DNA from: an uncultured Melioribacter sp. | GTDB taxonomy: Bacteria; Bacteroidota; Ignavibacteria; Kapaibacteriales; Kapaibacteriaceae | Length of the DNA stretch: 64,000 nucleotides | Assembly (NCBI GenBank): GCA_964432155.1 | Contig: CAYSMF010000001.1 | Coordinates: 83,156-147,155, forward strand | Direction of reading: 5' to 3' | Shown: piece by piece, positions 49,240 through 60,665 of the stretch | Layout of the letters: every line of letters begins with the position of its first letter | How positions within the stretch are numbered: position 1 is the stretch's first letter | Notes under the pieces: model-generated | Told to the model about the DNA's origin: nothing | Database searches by the model: none | The model's input: only the letters and a program-made list of their open reading frames with translations | Translations under genes and position numbers: made by a program

Positions 49240-52200
49240 TTGTCGGACAACCACGCGTTGCCGCACTGCCCTATGCCACCACTTCACCACGACGCTTCAT
49301 CTCTCACCGAAATCCTGCGCACCTCCCCTATTGTGCTGCAGAGTGCACAGTCGTTGATGCGCGATCGAGAAATCTCGATCAAGACTCTTCGCGGTTCTGC
49401 GAAGGCGGCATACGTTGCTGGTCTGTGCTCCCTCGGTGATCTACCCTTCGTTGTGATTGTTGCCACCGACGACGAGGTTGATGCGTACGTGCATGATGTT
49501 ACATGCATGTTGAGCGCACGACGTGTCGTGGGTATCCGTGGAGCTATCAAGCACAGTGCCTTGGCGACAGGAGGCCTTGTACACCATGAGCAAGTGGATG
49601 CGTTGAATCGATTGCGCACAGATGGATCTGATCCGTACGTCGTAGTTGTCTCCGTAGCTGCTCTTAGTCTCGCAATGCCGTCAGCCGACATGTTGCAACA
49701 GTCGCAGATGACGCTGGAACGATCTACCGATCGCAACTACGACGACTTGATTACGAGTCTGGCATTGGCGGGTTTTGAGCGCACAGACTTCGTCAGCAAA
49801 CCAGGTGAGCTGGCCGTTCGTGGTGGCATTCTTGATGTGTTTCCAAGCGGATGGGATAATCCACTCCGCATAGAATTCTTCGGAAACACTATCGAATCGA
49901 TCCGCGAGTTCGAGCCCCTTTCACAGCGTTCTATCCGAGAACATGCATCGGTGTCGTTCCTCGCCCACGTGTTTCACGACGACGACACCTCGTTGTCGGC
50001 ATCGATCATCGATCACTTGCCGACCGAATCAGTGATGGTATTCGACGAACCTGAAGCGATCGACGCAGAGGTGCACGCACGTGAGCTCTCGACATCGTTC
50101 CAGAAACACTCAACCTATGCGATTCGAATTAACCCTCTGGGGTCTGTCACGTTTGATGTGGCGACGCAGGTACAGCCACCAAGCAATGGCTCACTTGAGC
50201 ATCTTTTGCAGACGGCATCGACGTATCAACGGAAATCGTACCGCGTCATGATCGGCGGTGAAGGTCAGCAGAATACCAAGCGACTTCGTGAGTTGTGTGA
50301 AGCGTTCGCTGATCAAGTTGAACTCGATGCCGAAGAGGCAGGTGTCGCGCTTCACCGCGTGATCCATGGAATATCCTGGATGTCGGTATCCGTGACATCG
50401 GGCTTCATCTGGAATGACCTTTCGTTGGTTGTGCTTACCGAACATCAAGTGTTTGGACGACAGCGTTCACAGCGTCGCACATCCCGGCAAGACTCAGGGA
50501 TGTCGCTACGTGATATTCAGCAGCTACATCGCGGCGACTTAGTTGTGCATGCCGACAAAGGTATAGGTCGCTTCGAAGGACTCGAGACAATCGTCATCAA
50601 CGGCGCACACGTAGAATGTGTGAAGCTTGGTTTCGATGGCGGTGATCATCTCTTTGTCCATCTCAACTACGTGCATAAGCTCTCGAAGTATGCATCAGAG
50701 GAGGGATCGGTTCCGAAGCTGAGCAAGCTTGGCTCGGCTGAGTGGGAGCGCAAGAAGGCGCGTGCAAAGAAGCGCATCAAGGATATCGCTCGAGATCTGA
50801 TTAAACTCTACGCACAACGCAAGTCGCAACCAGGCTATGCCTATCCTGCCGACACCGTCTGGCAGAAGGAGTTTGAGGCATCGTTCCAGTACGAGGATAC
50901 CGTCGATCAAGCACGCGCGACGTCGGAAGTAAAGTTCGACATGGAGCAGCCGACACCAATGGACCGACTTGTCTGTGGTGATGTGGGCTTTGGTAAGACG
51001 GAGATTGCTGTCCGCGCGGCATTCAAGGCGGCGCAGTCCGGACGTCAAGTAGCGGTCCTCGTACCGACAACGATTCTTGCCGAGCAACATGGCGTAACGT
51101 TCCGTGATCGCCTCCATCGGTATCCTGTTCGAATCGACGTTCTATCGCGGTTTCGTTCGAAAGCCGAACAGAAAGAGATCATTGAGCGAATTCATTCCGG
51201 TGGTACCGACATCGTGATTGGAACGCACAGATTGCTGAGCAAGGATGTTGCCTTCAAGAATCTCGGTCTGCTGATCATCGACGAAGAACATCGCTTTGGT
51301 GTTGCCGCGAAAGAAAAGCTCCGTCAGCTCCGAGCAACGATCGATACGCTTACGCTTACGGCAACGCCGATTCCACGAACACTGAACTTCTCGTTGATGG
51401 GTGCTCGAGATCTCTCTGTGATTGAGACGCCCCCTCGCAACCGTCTGCCGGTGCGCACAGAGATATCACAGTGGGACGATGCCGTCCTACGCGAGGCACT
51501 CTTGCGCGAGCTCGAGCGTGGTGGACAGGTCTTCGTTGTAACGGACCGCATCACGGACATGGACAAGCTCATGATGAAGATCAAGATGCTTGTTCCAACG
51601 CTTCGTGTGACGATGGCACATGGACAGATGGAGACCGACGTACTTGAAGACGTGATGGAAGGATTCCTTGAACGGAAGTTCGACGTCCTGATCGCGACCA
51701 AGATCATCGAATCTGGTCTCGACATCCCAAATGCCAACACCATGATCATCGAGAATGCCGACAACTTCGGTCTCGCCGAACTCTATCAGCTCCGCGGACG
51801 AGTTGGTCGCTCGAACATCCAGGCCTATTGCTACCTCCTGATTCCTCCACCGCATACGCTTTCGCGTATGGCCTTGCGACGATTGCAGGCACTCGAGGAA
51901 TACACCGATCTCGGCTCAGGTTTCCAACTTGCCATGCGCGACCTCGAGATTCGTGGTGCCGGTAATTTGTTAGGGGGCGAGCAAAGCGGCTTCATTCTCG
52001 ACATGGGCTTTGAACTCTATCAGAAGATCCTCGACGAAGCAGTCGAGGAACTCAAGCATGAAGAGTTTTCGGAACTCTTCGCTGGTTCGAAAGAGCTCAA
52101 GCGAGACTTCTCGAATGAGGACATTGCAGTTGAACTCGATGCAGATGCACTCCTGCCGCGCGGGTACATCCCAGCAGACACCGAGCGTTTCGACGTCTAC

Positions 52201-52605
52201 AAGCGCTTGTACAATGCGCACGACATCATCGAGGTTGATCGTGTGTACGACGAACTGCGTGATCGATTCGGACCTCTCCCACCGGAGGCCGAAGAGCTTC
52301 TGTTTGCTGTGAAGCTTCGAATCCTTGCTCTTCCATCCGGTGTGGTTCGTCTGAACGTTCGTGGCCAGCGCCTGGTGATGGAGCTACCGCCAGACACCCA
52401 TCAAGCGTGGTACACGCATGTGTTTAAGCGTATCCTGCACGCCCTCACCACGATGCCGAATGCAAAGTTTGTGCAGCAAGGAAAGCGCTTGATTATCGAT
52501 GTCACACTCGGACACAGAGACGAAGCGCTCTCGGTTGTGTCGCATATTTCAACGGTAGCAACATCCCGTGAACAAGACGATGAATCGTCGGAGGGAGCAT
52601 GGTAA
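49240..52605 (+). CDS. mfd: transcription-repair coupling factor
   Basis: 1121 aa. UvrB-homology N-terminal region, RNAP-interacting domain, superfamily-2 helicase motifs ([16 protein letters not shown]) and the TRCF C-terminal domain. Confidence 0.95.
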   Translation: MSDNHALPHCPMPPLHHDASSLTEILRTSPIVLQSAQSLMRDREISIKTLRGSAKAAYVAGLCSLGDLPFVVIVATDDEVDAYVHDVTCMLSARRVVGIRGAIKHSALATGGLVHHEQVDALNRLRTDGSDPYVVVVSVAALSLAMPSADMLQQSQMTLERSTDRNYDDLITSLALAGFERTDFVSKPGELAVRGGILDVFPSGWDNPLRIEFFGNTIESIREFEPLSQRSIREHASVSFLAHVFHDDDTSLSASIIDHLPTESVMVFDEPEAIDAEVHARELSTSFQKHSTYAIRINPLGSVTFDVATQVQPPSNGSLEHLLQTASTYQRKSYRVMIGGEGQQNTKRLRELCEAFADQVELDAEEAGVALHRVIHGISWMSVSVTSGFIWNDLSLVVLTEHQVFGRQRSQRRTSRQDSGMSLRDIQQLHRGDLVVHADKGIGRFEGLETIVINGAHVECVKLGFDGGDHLFVHLNYVHKLSKYASEEGSVPKLSKLGSAEWERKKARAKKRIKDIARDLIKLYAQRKSQPGYAYPADTVWQKEFEASFQYEDTVDQARATSEVKFDMEQPTPMDRLVCGDVGFGKTEIAVRAAFKAAQSGRQVAVLVPTTILAEQHGVTFRDRLHRYPVRIDVLSRFRSKAEQKEIIERIHSGGTDIVIGTHRLLSKDVAFKNLGLLIIDEEHRFGVAAKEKLRQLRATIDTLTLTATPIPRTLNFSLMGARDLSVIETPPRNRLPVRTEISQWDDAVLREALLRELERGGQVFVVTDRITDMDKLMMKIKMLVPTLRVTMAHGQMETDVLEDVMEGFLERKFDVLIATKIIESGLDIPNANTMIIENADNFGLAELYQLRGRVGRSNIQAYCYLLIPPPHTLSRMALRRLQALEEYTDLGSGFQLAMRDLEIRGAGNLLGGEQSGFILDMGFELYQKILDEAVEELKHEEFSELFAGSKELKRDFSNEDIAVELDADALLPRGYIPADTERFDVYKRLYNAHDIIEVDRVYDELRDRFGPLPPEAEELLFAVKLRILALPSGVVRLNVRGQRLVMELPPDTHQAWYTHVFKRILHALTTMPNAKFVQQGKRLIIDVTLGHRDEALSVVSHISTVATSREQDDESSEGAW

Positions 52606-53246
52606 TCCTAGCACTTGAAACCTCGGGTAGCGTCTGCGGCGCTGCGGTCTCGATCGACGGATCGCTCGTTGCCAGCACCGAGATCATCCGCGAGGCATCG
52701 CACGATGCGTTCGTCGCCGATGTCGTCACCTCAGCTCTTCGTTTTGCGGGACTGACGATCGACAACGTTGATGTTGTCGCTGTCTCGGCGGGACCGGGCT
52801 CATTTACAGGCCTGCGCATTGGGGCCTCGTTTGTAAAGGGGCTCGCATTCGAGGACAAACCGCGTGTTCTCGCAGTACCGACACTTACGTCGTTGTTCTA
52901 TGCCGCTCGTGAAGTAGCGCAGCTTTCAGGGGCCTCATCGATCACATGTGTGATCCCCTCGCATCGGGACTTGTGGTACGTGATGCAAGCCCCCTGTAAC
53001 TCCAATGTTGCCGATCATTCGGTGAAGGTCTCCACGCGCGAGGAGCTACTCAGTGGCATCACGCCTGGGACGTTCGTTGTTGGGCCTGGTGCAGAACAAC
53101 TCGCGCCAACAGCCGTGAGTGGTCTCACACGTCTGTCGGCGCGATTTGTAGCGTTTGCCAGCTGGGAGTTACTCCGAGCGAATGTTCCGTTTGTTGATGC
53201 TGATGCGTTTGTGCCGCAGTATCAACAGGACTTCGTTCCTCGGTAA
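52599..53246 (+). CDS. tsaB: tRNA threonylcarbamoyladenosine biosynthesis protein TsaB (YeaZ)
   Basis: [17 protein letters not shown]...VAVSAGPGSFTGLRIG. Overlaps the mfd end by 7 nt. Confidence 0.85.
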   Translation: MVILALETSGSVCGAAVSIDGSLVASTEIIREASHDAFVADVVTSALRFAGLTIDNVDVVAVSAGPGSFTGLRIGASFVKGLAFEDKPRVLAVPTLTSLFYAAREVAQLSGASSITCVIPSHRDLWYVMQAPCNSNVADHSVKVSTREELLSGITPGTFVVGPGAEQLAPTAVSGLTRLSARFVAFASWELLRANVPFVDADAFVPQYQQDFVPR

Positions 53247-53255
53247 CAAGGACGT

Positions 53256-54260
53256 TTACAGGGCCTTGAGGAACGTCTCAATCTCGGCAACTTCGGTTGT
53301 GCTCAGCTTCTTACCGAGCTGATGCCAGCCCATGAGCTCAATTGCCTTGCTCATCGATGGTACACTTCCATCGTGGAAGTATGGCTTTGTACGCGAGACC
53401 AAGCGCAGTGACGGCACCTTGAACATCATGCTGTCTGCCGGATCCTTCGTGACCAGATAGCGTCCAGGATCGCTCGATGAGTACGGCTGCACATTGCCAA
53501 GTTTCTGCAGACCATTGCCACCGAAGAGCGCTCCATTGTGGCACGAAATACAGCCTGTGTTGATGAAGGTATGCATACCACGACGTTCCGCCATGGTAAG
53601 AGCCGACGTATCACCGGTGATCCACGTATCAAATCGCGATGGCGCAATCAGTGTGCGCTCGAATGCAGCGATTGCCTTCGCGACGTTGTCGAACGTAATC
53701 GGTGAAGGTTCGGTTGGGTACGCCTCAGCGAACAGCGCCGGGTATTCCTTGGTCTTCTTGAGCTTGGCTTCAACAGCCTCAGGCGACGGCATCGCCATTT
53801 CGCCCGGATTGCAGATTGGCCCCTTGGCCTGTGCTACCAGATCTTCTGCGCGACCGTCCCAGAATTGCATGGTGTGGAAGCCTGCATTGAAGACAGTTGG
53901 CGAGTTACGTGTTCCACGTCCACCGAGTGCACCCTCGGAGGTGACTTCGTTGTCGACACCGGCGGCGCCATCGCTCACGTTGTGACATGAGTTGCAGGAC
54001 TGCTTATCGTTCACGGAGAGGCGTGTGTCGAAGTACAACGACTTTCCAAGCGCGATCATCGCGTCGGTCGTTCCTTCATGACCCGGCATAACATCCGGAA
54101 GCACGGCGAAGACACCTTCAGCCATGGAGCGAAGTTCTGTCTCCTCTGCCGCGCTGAGCGCACGAACGGCTTCCTTTGGCTCCTGGGTGTCGCCAGGCTT
54201 GCCACATGATGCCAGGATGCTGCAGAATGCTGCCAGTGCAGCGTAACGTAGAAGTTTCAT
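53256..54260 (-). CDS. di-haem cytochrome c peroxidase (CCP/MauG family)
   Basis: Lipoprotein-like signal (LASCGK). Two CxxCH sites (CNSCHNV, CISCHNG). Conserved FDTRLS and WDGRA segments. Confidence 0.85.
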   Translation of the reverse strand: MKLLRYAALAAFCSILASCGKPGDTQEPKEAVRALSAAEETELRSMAEGVFAVLPDVMPGHEGTTDAMIALGKSLYFDTRLSVNDKQSCNSCHNVSDGAAGVDNEVTSEGALGGRGTRNSPTVFNAGFHTMQFWDGRAEDLVAQAKGPICNPGEMAMPSPEAVEAKLKKTKEYPALFAEAYPTEPSPITFDNVAKAIAAFERTLIAPSRFDTWITGDTSALTMAERRGMHTFINTGCISCHNGALFGGNGLQKLGNVQPYSSSDPGRYLVTKDPADSMMFKVPSLRLVSRTKPYFHDGSVPSMSKAIELMGWHQLGKKLSTTEVAEIETFLKAL

Positions 54261-54418
54261 TGTCGTCCCCTTTCTCTATACATGCAGATACACCGTACCA
54301 GAGGTCATATGTGGTCGGCAAAACTACGATGCCAACACATCATGGTGGGTAATTGGTTCCTGACCATCACCGGGTTTGGTCGTAGTTTCGCAGCTCTATC
54401 CACCTCTGCTCAAGCGTC

Positions 54419-55711
54419 ATGATTGAACGTTATACCCGGCCCGACATGGGCGCGATCTGGTCCGAACACAACAAGTACTCTATTTGGCTCGAGATCGAGA
54501 TTCTCGCCTGTGAAGCGCAAGCCGAATTGGGAGTGATTCCCAAGGAGGCGGTTCGCGAGATTCGTGAGAAGGCATCGTTCGATGTTCAACGGATTCTTGA
54601 GATCGAGGAGACAACAAAGCACGACGTTATTGCCTTCACAACGAACGTCGCAGAGTACGTCGGACCATCATCACGGTTCATTCATCTGGGTATGACATCC
54701 AGTGACGTTCTCGACACGTGCCTTGCGGTGCAACTCAAGCAAGCTGGTGAACTCCTGCTCGCAGATCTGACCCAATTCCGTGATGTGCTCGCTCGTCGAG
54801 CAGTGGAATTCAAGAACACGGTTTGTATCGGACGCTCGCACGGTATACACGCCGAACCAACGACATTTGGTTTGAAGCTTGCGCTATGGCATCAGGAATG
54901 TGAGCGCAGCATTGTGCGTCTTACGCGGGCTATTGAGTCTGTTAGTGTAGGAATGATCAGCGGCGCTGTTGGCACGTTTGAGCACCTGTCCCCTGCTGTT
55001 GAAGAGTACGTGTGTGAGCGTCTGGGATTGCGGCCTGCTCCGGTGAGCACGCAGGTTATTCAACGCGATCGCCATGCGGAGTTCCTGACGACGCTCGCAT
55101 TGGTCGGTGCGTTTCTTGAAAAGATTGGCACCGAGATCCGTCACCTGCAGCGCACAGAGGTACGGGAAGCCGAAGAGTATTTCTCTCCTGGTCAAAAAGG
55201 TTCGTCAGCGATGCCGCACAAGCGCAATCCGATCCTCAGCGAGCGCATCTGCGGTCTTGCACGACTCCTTCGCTCGAATGCAATGGCTGCGATCGAGAAC
55301 AATGCACTTTGGCACGAGCGCGACATCTCGCACAGCTCTGTAGAGCGCGTCATCTGTCCGGATTCGACGATTGCCCTCGACTACATGCTCCATCTCGCAA
55401 CTGGTTTGATCGATCGACTCCTCGTGTACCCAGAGGCGATGCAGCGCAATCTTGAGCTGACGCATGGACTCCCGTTCTCACAGAGCGTTATGCTTGCCCT
55501 CATCGGAAAAGACGTTACCCGCGAAGACGCATACCGTATGGTGCAGCGCAACGCAATGCGTACATGGGAGACAAAGACACCGCTTCGTCAGACTCTCGCC
55601 GAGGATGAAGAAATCATGTCACTCCTGAGTGACGTTGAACTCGACGCCATTTTTGATGGACGTCGCATGCTCTCGAACGTCGATACCATCTTCCGCCGGT
55701 GTGGTCTGTGA
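54419..55711 (+). CDS. purB: adenylosuccinate lyase
   Basis: [20 protein letters not shown], and the fumarate-lyase signature [11 protein letters not shown]. Confidence 0.95.
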   Translation: MIERYTRPDMGAIWSEHNKYSIWLEIEILACEAQAELGVIPKEAVREIREKASFDVQRILEIEETTKHDVIAFTTNVAEYVGPSSRFIHLGMTSSDVLDTCLAVQLKQAGELLLADLTQFRDVLARRAVEFKNTVCIGRSHGIHAEPTTFGLKLALWHQECERSIVRLTRAIESVSVGMISGAVGTFEHLSPAVEEYVCERLGLRPAPVSTQVIQRDRHAEFLTTLALVGAFLEKIGTEIRHLQRTEVREAEEYFSPGQKGSSAMPHKRNPILSERICGLARLLRSNAMAAIENNALWHERDISHSSVERVICPDSTIALDYMLHLATGLIDRLLVYPEAMQRNLELTHGLPFSQSVMLALIGKDVTREDAYRMVQRNAMRTWETKTPLRQTLAEDEEIMSLLSDVELDAIFDGRRMLSNVDTIFRRCGL

Positions 55712-57216
55712 TTCGCTCGGCGCTCATCGGACTCACGTTGATTGGCGTTACCATCGCCGCGGTATCGCAGAACTCAACGAAGACGGCTACGTCGACTGAT
55801 GGTGAGCGTCTGGCAGCGTCGTATTGTCAAGGTTGCCATGCCTTGCCGGCACCAGGCGACCTCGATAAACCCACATGGGTGGCGAAGGTGTTTCCGATGA
55901 TGCGTCGGTACATGGGGCTTGACCCGCTCCCACAGCACGATATACTACCGCACGACCTCAAGGCACTCTACCCGAAGGTGCCGATGATGACAGAAGATCA
56001 ATGGTATACTGTTGCGCAGTGGTACATCGATAATGCTCCTGCTGTGCTCGAGGCTCCGCCTTCAGTGAATCTCCGTGGTGTCACCAGTGTGTTCACGTCG
56101 ACGCCGATTCTACGCGCTGGAACGATTCCGATGACGACATTCGTGAAGTATGATTCGACACGCAAGCACCTGCTTGTTGGCGATGGTATGTCGAATGCAC
56201 TTCACATCTCCGACATTGCGGGTACGGTTACATCAACAATCCCATTAAGTGGTCCACCATCCTCGGTTGAACTGCGAAATGGGCGGATGTACGTCACTGA
56301 TATGGGTAAGCTTCTTCCACACGATTCTGCTATCGGATCGCTTGTTGAAGTGACGTGGGATTCTGCCCAACCCCGCACGCGCATCCTTATCGATTCCCTG
56401 CGGCGACCGACGCATGTGCAAGTTGCCGACCTCAATGATGATGGCCGTCCCGATTACCTCGTTTGCGAGTATGGTAACCTTATCGGACAGTTCGGATGGT
56501 ATGAGATGCGCGAAAATGGACGAACTGTCTATCATCAGCTATCTCCATTGCCCGGTGCGATTCGTGCCACCATTGCGGACATGAATGGCGATCGGAAACC
56601 AGATATCATCGTCCAGATGGCGCAATCGCGCGAAGCACTCGTTCTATACACCAACAATGGTCGCGGTACCTTTACAGCACGCGAGATTATGTCGTTCCCT
56701 CCTTCACGGGGTTCGTCATCATTTCGTCTGGTACAAGCCGACGGCGACCCTACACTAGAGATTCTGTACACTGCCGGCGACAATGGTGATTACGACATGC
56801 CACCATACAAACCCTATCATGGTGTGTACCTCTTCGACGCGACACCGCGTGGTTGGAAACAGGTCGCGTTTCAGCGAATGGACGGGGCGTATGGTGCAAT
56901 ACTGGAAGACTTCTCTGGTGACGGAAGTGCAGATCTGTTGAGCTATAGCTATTTCCCTCGCTTCGATCGTGGCGATTATGACCTGGTGCGGTTTGATCAG
57001 GATTGGATGACGTCGCGCGCTACGTCATGGCGCGTTGCGGGTGCGTCGCTCGGTCGATGGTTGGTCTCGGATGTCGCGGACATCGATCAGGATGGCGACC
57101 TCGATGTAATTCTCGGAAATGTATCGATCGGACCTGGCATTGTACCGGAACAACAGGCTGTATCCTGGACCTCGAGTGGTGTGATTGCCGTCATTCTCCG
57201 TAACACGCGTAACTAG
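55699..57216 (+). CDS. secreted mono-haem cytochrome c domain fused to an FG-GAP/VCBS-like beta-propeller repeat protein
   Basis: GTG start with signal peptide. CQGCH haem site. Repeated DxNxDGxxD calcium-binding loops ([36 protein letters not shown]). Overlaps the purB end by 13 nt. Confidence 0.6.
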   Translation: MWSVIRSALIGLTLIGVTIAAVSQNSTKTATSTDGERLAASYCQGCHALPAPGDLDKPTWVAKVFPMMRRYMGLDPLPQHDILPHDLKALYPKVPMMTEDQWYTVAQWYIDNAPAVLEAPPSVNLRGVTSVFTSTPILRAGTIPMTTFVKYDSTRKHLLVGDGMSNALHISDIAGTVTSTIPLSGPPSSVELRNGRMYVTDMGKLLPHDSAIGSLVEVTWDSAQPRTRILIDSLRRPTHVQVADLNDDGRPDYLVCEYGNLIGQFGWYEMRENGRTVYHQLSPLPGAIRATIADMNGDRKPDIIVQMAQSREALVLYTNNGRGTFTAREIMSFPPSRGSSSFRLVQADGDPTLEILYTAGDNGDYDMPPYKPYHGVYLFDATPRGWKQVAFQRMDGAYGAILEDFSGDGSADLLSYSYFPRFDRGDYDLVRFDQDWMTSRATSWRVAGASLGRWLVSDVADIDQDGDLDVILGNVSIGPGIVPEQQAVSWTSSGVIAVILRNTRN

Positions 57217-57219
57217 GTG

Positions 57220-59265
57220 TTATTCCGAGATAAGGAACTGATGGGTGAGAATCCTCGTGCCACGTTGCGCTACGAGGAAGCAGGGTCCACGATGTTGTTC
57301 AGGGATTGATCCGACGATCCAACCGCTGTTGCCATCGCGCGTCATTCGCGTCAAGATCTCTCCGATGACGTTGGTGATGAATCCATCATCCGCACGAATG
57401 CGAACATCACGCCCCCTACGCTGAAGCATCGACGTCGCATCAAATAGGCGTGCTCGATCCGTCATACAGATATCGTCGATCGTCACTCGTCCCGGTTGAC
57501 GTCGCACGCGCGTTGCGCTTGGTGTTACCATTACCGTGTCGAAGCTGATTTGTACGGATGACGAATCACCGAGCAGCGCAACGATATCGAAGCGACGAAA
57601 GGTGCTTCGTGTATCACGAGGAAGCGTGAATGGAATTTCGAGTATTGTGTACCGATCAGTCGTTCGATAGCGAGTGAGTATGGGCATCAGTACAGGTTGG
57701 TACAAGCGAACGACGATCGTCCCACTGATCGCTGATCGTCCTGCGCCACGTTCGATTCGGATGAATACCGAGACTGTATCGCCGATCGAGACGCGCAGGT
57801 TGTCGGCCGCGATCAACAGGTCCTCTGTTTGCTGTGGCTTCACGGGCAGATCCATCGCTCGGCGAGTTACGCACAATCCGTTAAGAATGTCCGCCTCGAC
57901 GCGCTCGATGCTGCTGTCAGTGGCAATCAATAGCGTAGGAGTTCCAGCACGTTCTGATCCGTCGACATACCACGAACGTACCACCCCTGCCGTGGGCGTT
58001 ATGATGTAATGTGCTCGTCCATCCACGAGTGTATCACGACGTGTAAGAACGGTGCCGGGCCGTGGCGTCCGAGAGTGAACGAGCCTGTGACGTGTTGTCC
58101 GAATCAAACCGTCACTTCCAGGTTCTGCACCATGTGTCGTGCGCTCGGCCGATGTATCAACCTGCGATCCACCGCTTGCACCTCCTCCACGTTGCACACG
58201 AATCGATGGAAGCAGCGAGCTTGAGGAAGTGTAGACGAGACCACCAGCTCCGCCGCCTCCTGGACCATACCGATACACGGTCCCACGTGTGCTTCCTCCA
58301 ACTCCTCCGGAGACATCGCAATGCAGTTTGCCAACGATCGTGTCGGTGATAAGTGCGATGGTACCGCCACTGCCGCCGCCCCCTGCACCATCACACAGTG
58401 CATCGTCGCCATCAGTACCTGATACATCGATGGCACCGCCTGTGCCTGCACGAATGACAGGCGCGAATACTACAATAGCCCCTCCACCGGCTCCGCCATT
58501 GCCACCGCGAAGATCATTCTGTTGTCCAGAGCCACCGCCACTGCCGATGTAGATCCGAAGTCGTGATGTATCGCGACCGCTAACGGGCCAAGCCCTAGGA
58601 ATTGTCTGATGCTCATCGAGAGCAAAGGCCGTGGTTGGGTCACCACCTCGACCTCCATGCCCAGCGAGTGAACCACCATATCCACCGCTATTGCGAAGAT
58701 GTCCATTGGGCGTTGGTAGAAAGCCCTCTGTATAGGTGGCACTACGAGAGTCTATCGTATCCCCGCTATTCCGATTCTGTCGTCCCCCACGAAACCCTGC
58801 CTGTGTTGCGCTGATCAGTCCATCGATGGACAGTGTATCATCAGACAGCAGAACCATGAGCCCACCAAATTCACCATTCCACGGAATGGCTCGTAACCGG
58901 TCATTGGATGCTACAGATGAGCGATGAATCACGCCCACGAGTTGCAAGTGACCTGATGGATCAAATCGATCTTCGATGGGATAGCGCAAAATGATTTCCG
59001 CTCCGATGATGGTGTCGATCACATTTACTTCGATACCACCGTTGATCAGTGAGTCTTGCGAGATCGACTGATACATGGCGATCGTATCGCCGCTGCGAAA
59101 GATCCATGGGTGGGATGCGATCAGCGTTTGTGCGCATGAATCCACATGCACAATTCGGCTCGCACGATGGATCTGGCGGTTCTGGCATGCGGCATCGAGC
59201 GCACCAAATACCACATAGCAGAGAGCAATGAACGCGATGCTTACCGTCACTGGACCCTCCGCCAC
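57220..59265 (-). CDS. secreted glycine-rich (beta-helix-like) hypothetical protein
   Basis: 681 aa. N-terminal signal/anchor. Central Gly-rich repeats such as GGNGGAGGGAIVVF and GAGGGGSGGTIALI. No catalytic motif. Confidence 0.5.
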   Translation of the reverse strand: MAEGPVTVSIAFIALCYVVFGALDAACQNRQIHRASRIVHVDSCAQTLIASHPWIFRSGDTIAMYQSISQDSLINGGIEVNVIDTIIGAEIILRYPIEDRFDPSGHLQLVGVIHRSSVASNDRLRAIPWNGEFGGLMVLLSDDTLSIDGLISATQAGFRGGRQNRNSGDTIDSRSATYTEGFLPTPNGHLRNSGGYGGSLAGHGGRGGDPTTAFALDEHQTIPRAWPVSGRDTSRLRIYIGSGGGSGQQNDLRGGNGGAGGGAIVVFAPVIRAGTGGAIDVSGTDGDDALCDGAGGGGSGGTIALITDTIVGKLHCDVSGGVGGSTRGTVYRYGPGGGGAGGLVYTSSSSLLPSIRVQRGGGASGGSQVDTSAERTTHGAEPGSDGLIRTTRHRLVHSRTPRPGTVLTRRDTLVDGRAHYIITPTAGVVRSWYVDGSERAGTPTLLIATDSSIERVEADILNGLCVTRRAMDLPVKPQQTEDLLIAADNLRVSIGDTVSVFIRIERGAGRSAISGTIVVRLYQPVLMPILTRYRTTDRYTILEIPFTLPRDTRSTFRRFDIVALLGDSSSVQISFDTVMVTPSATRVRRQPGRVTIDDICMTDRARLFDATSMLQRRGRDVRIRADDGFITNVIGEILTRMTRDGNSGWIVGSIPEQHRGPCFLVAQRGTRILTHQFLISE

Positions 59266-60662
59266 ATGTTATCGATTCCATCATACCAGAAGAGTGTGCA
59301 TGCAGCACCCTTGATGCTACTATCGATCTCGCCGGATACGTAGATGCGTTGCTGTTCCGGAGCATCTTGACTGTTGTGGACAATGATGACATCGTGATGT
59401 CCGACATTGCATACCATGACAACTCGTCCGTTTTCCGTCGGCATGAGTCCGATCAACCGAGCATCAACATCTCCCGCGATACGCTGCGCAGTGCGTGATG
59501 TACAGTCGAGGATACTTCCCTGGGGTTGTACCTCGACAGCGGCATTTGGTGGAGGAAGAGTAACGTTGCGAAGCACTGCTACTCCGGATGCATGAAGGTC
59601 GTACATGAAGGTCGTTGTCCGAGTATCAACCAGCCGTAATGCCGGACGATTAAGTGCGATAGGTCGCTCGTCGTCTGCACTCCCCAAGTAGATATCTCCC
59701 TCGGTTACAAGTGCAAACCCATGCTCTGGTGAACGGAACATGCCGCCAACAACCAGACCACTGAATGCCTCTGATTGCTGTACGCGTCCGAGAATGCCGA
59801 TCGCAGTGCCAGTGGACGTGCCTGTTCGGAGATCGGCAAGGCCATGGACACCGATGGTCACTGTTGCACTACCAGCGGTACCTCCGCGCAGTCCGATCCC
59901 AAATACGCCTGTGCTGGAGTCGGCCCCAACTGCTGAGTTCGTGGCGGAGTGACCGACAACACCAATGCGTTGGAATGTCCCGAGAACAGGAAATGCAAGA
60001 GAGCGCGATGAACCAATGACACCGACGCCAAGGGTATTAGCATGAGCTACAACACCTGCGTTGTCTGTTCCAGACGTCACTGTTTCGATACCACGCCGTG
60101 GAGGTGCCGTGCCTCCGATGTCGACGGCAATACCAGTTCCCGCGCTCAATGCGTTGTAGCGAAGTCCCGTTCCACCGGTTACATCAATGCCAGTCCCAAG
60201 AGTGGGTCTGGTTCCTCCTTGCGGTCCACCCAATCGGATCCCCGTGCCACTTCCATTGGCGACTGAGGAAATCACCAGTGCCGCATGGTCTGAACCTGAT
60301 GCACCAACGTCCTGAATGACCAGTCCGCTGCTCGATGAGGTGCCCTGCAGTGAGATCGTGAGCCCCTTCCCTTGGATATCGGGGACTCCCGATATCCTGA
60401 CGAGTTCATTCGATTGCGCACCTGTCAATGCACCGATGCTAAGTGGACCACGAATCCATGTACCACCCACACCATCAATCTCGAGCGCTCGCACTGAACC
60501 GTTCGCGCCGGCGAGAACGCGAATGGGCATTCCCGCCGGTGCACGTTGAGCAATCACAAGGGGTGCGTTTGTACTTGACTCAACACGGTTGGTACTCAAT
60601 CCCTGTGCAGACAGTCGCAAGCTGCATGGGAGGAGCGCAAGAAGAATGACACGTAGGAGCAT
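59247..60662 (-). CDS. secreted Gly/Thr/Ser-rich repeat hypothetical protein
   Basis: Signal peptide cleaving at LSA|QG. Repetitive G(T/S)G-rich region suggesting a beta-solenoid. 471 aa. Confidence 0.5.
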   Translation of the reverse strand: MLLRVILLALLPCSLRLSAQGLSTNRVESSTNAPLVIAQRAPAGMPIRVLAGANGSVRALEIDGVGGTWIRGPLSIGALTGAQSNELVRISGVPDIQGKGLTISLQGTSSSSGLVIQDVGASGSDHAALVISSVANGSGTGIRLGGPQGGTRPTLGTGIDVTGGTGLRYNALSAGTGIAVDIGGTAPPRRGIETVTSGTDNAGVVAHANTLGVGVIGSSRSLAFPVLGTFQRIGVVGHSATNSAVGADSSTGVFGIGLRGGTAGSATVTIGVHGLADLRTGTSTGTAIGILGRVQQSEAFSGLVVGGMFRSPEHGFALVTEGDIYLGSADDERPIALNRPALRLVDTRTTTFMYDLHASGVAVLRNVTLPPPNAAVEVQPQGSILDCTSRTAQRIAGDVDARLIGLMPTENGRVVMVCNVGHHDVIIVHNSQDAPEQQRIYVSGEIDSSIKGAACTLFWYDGIDNMWRRVQ

Positions 60663-60665
60663 AAC

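Noticed and set aside
54261-54418. ZTP (pfl) or purine riboswitch upstream of purB
   Set aside because: The conserved GACUGGCG and CCGCCUGGGCA elements are absent. Only an inverted repeat is seen, and that is reported as a finding.
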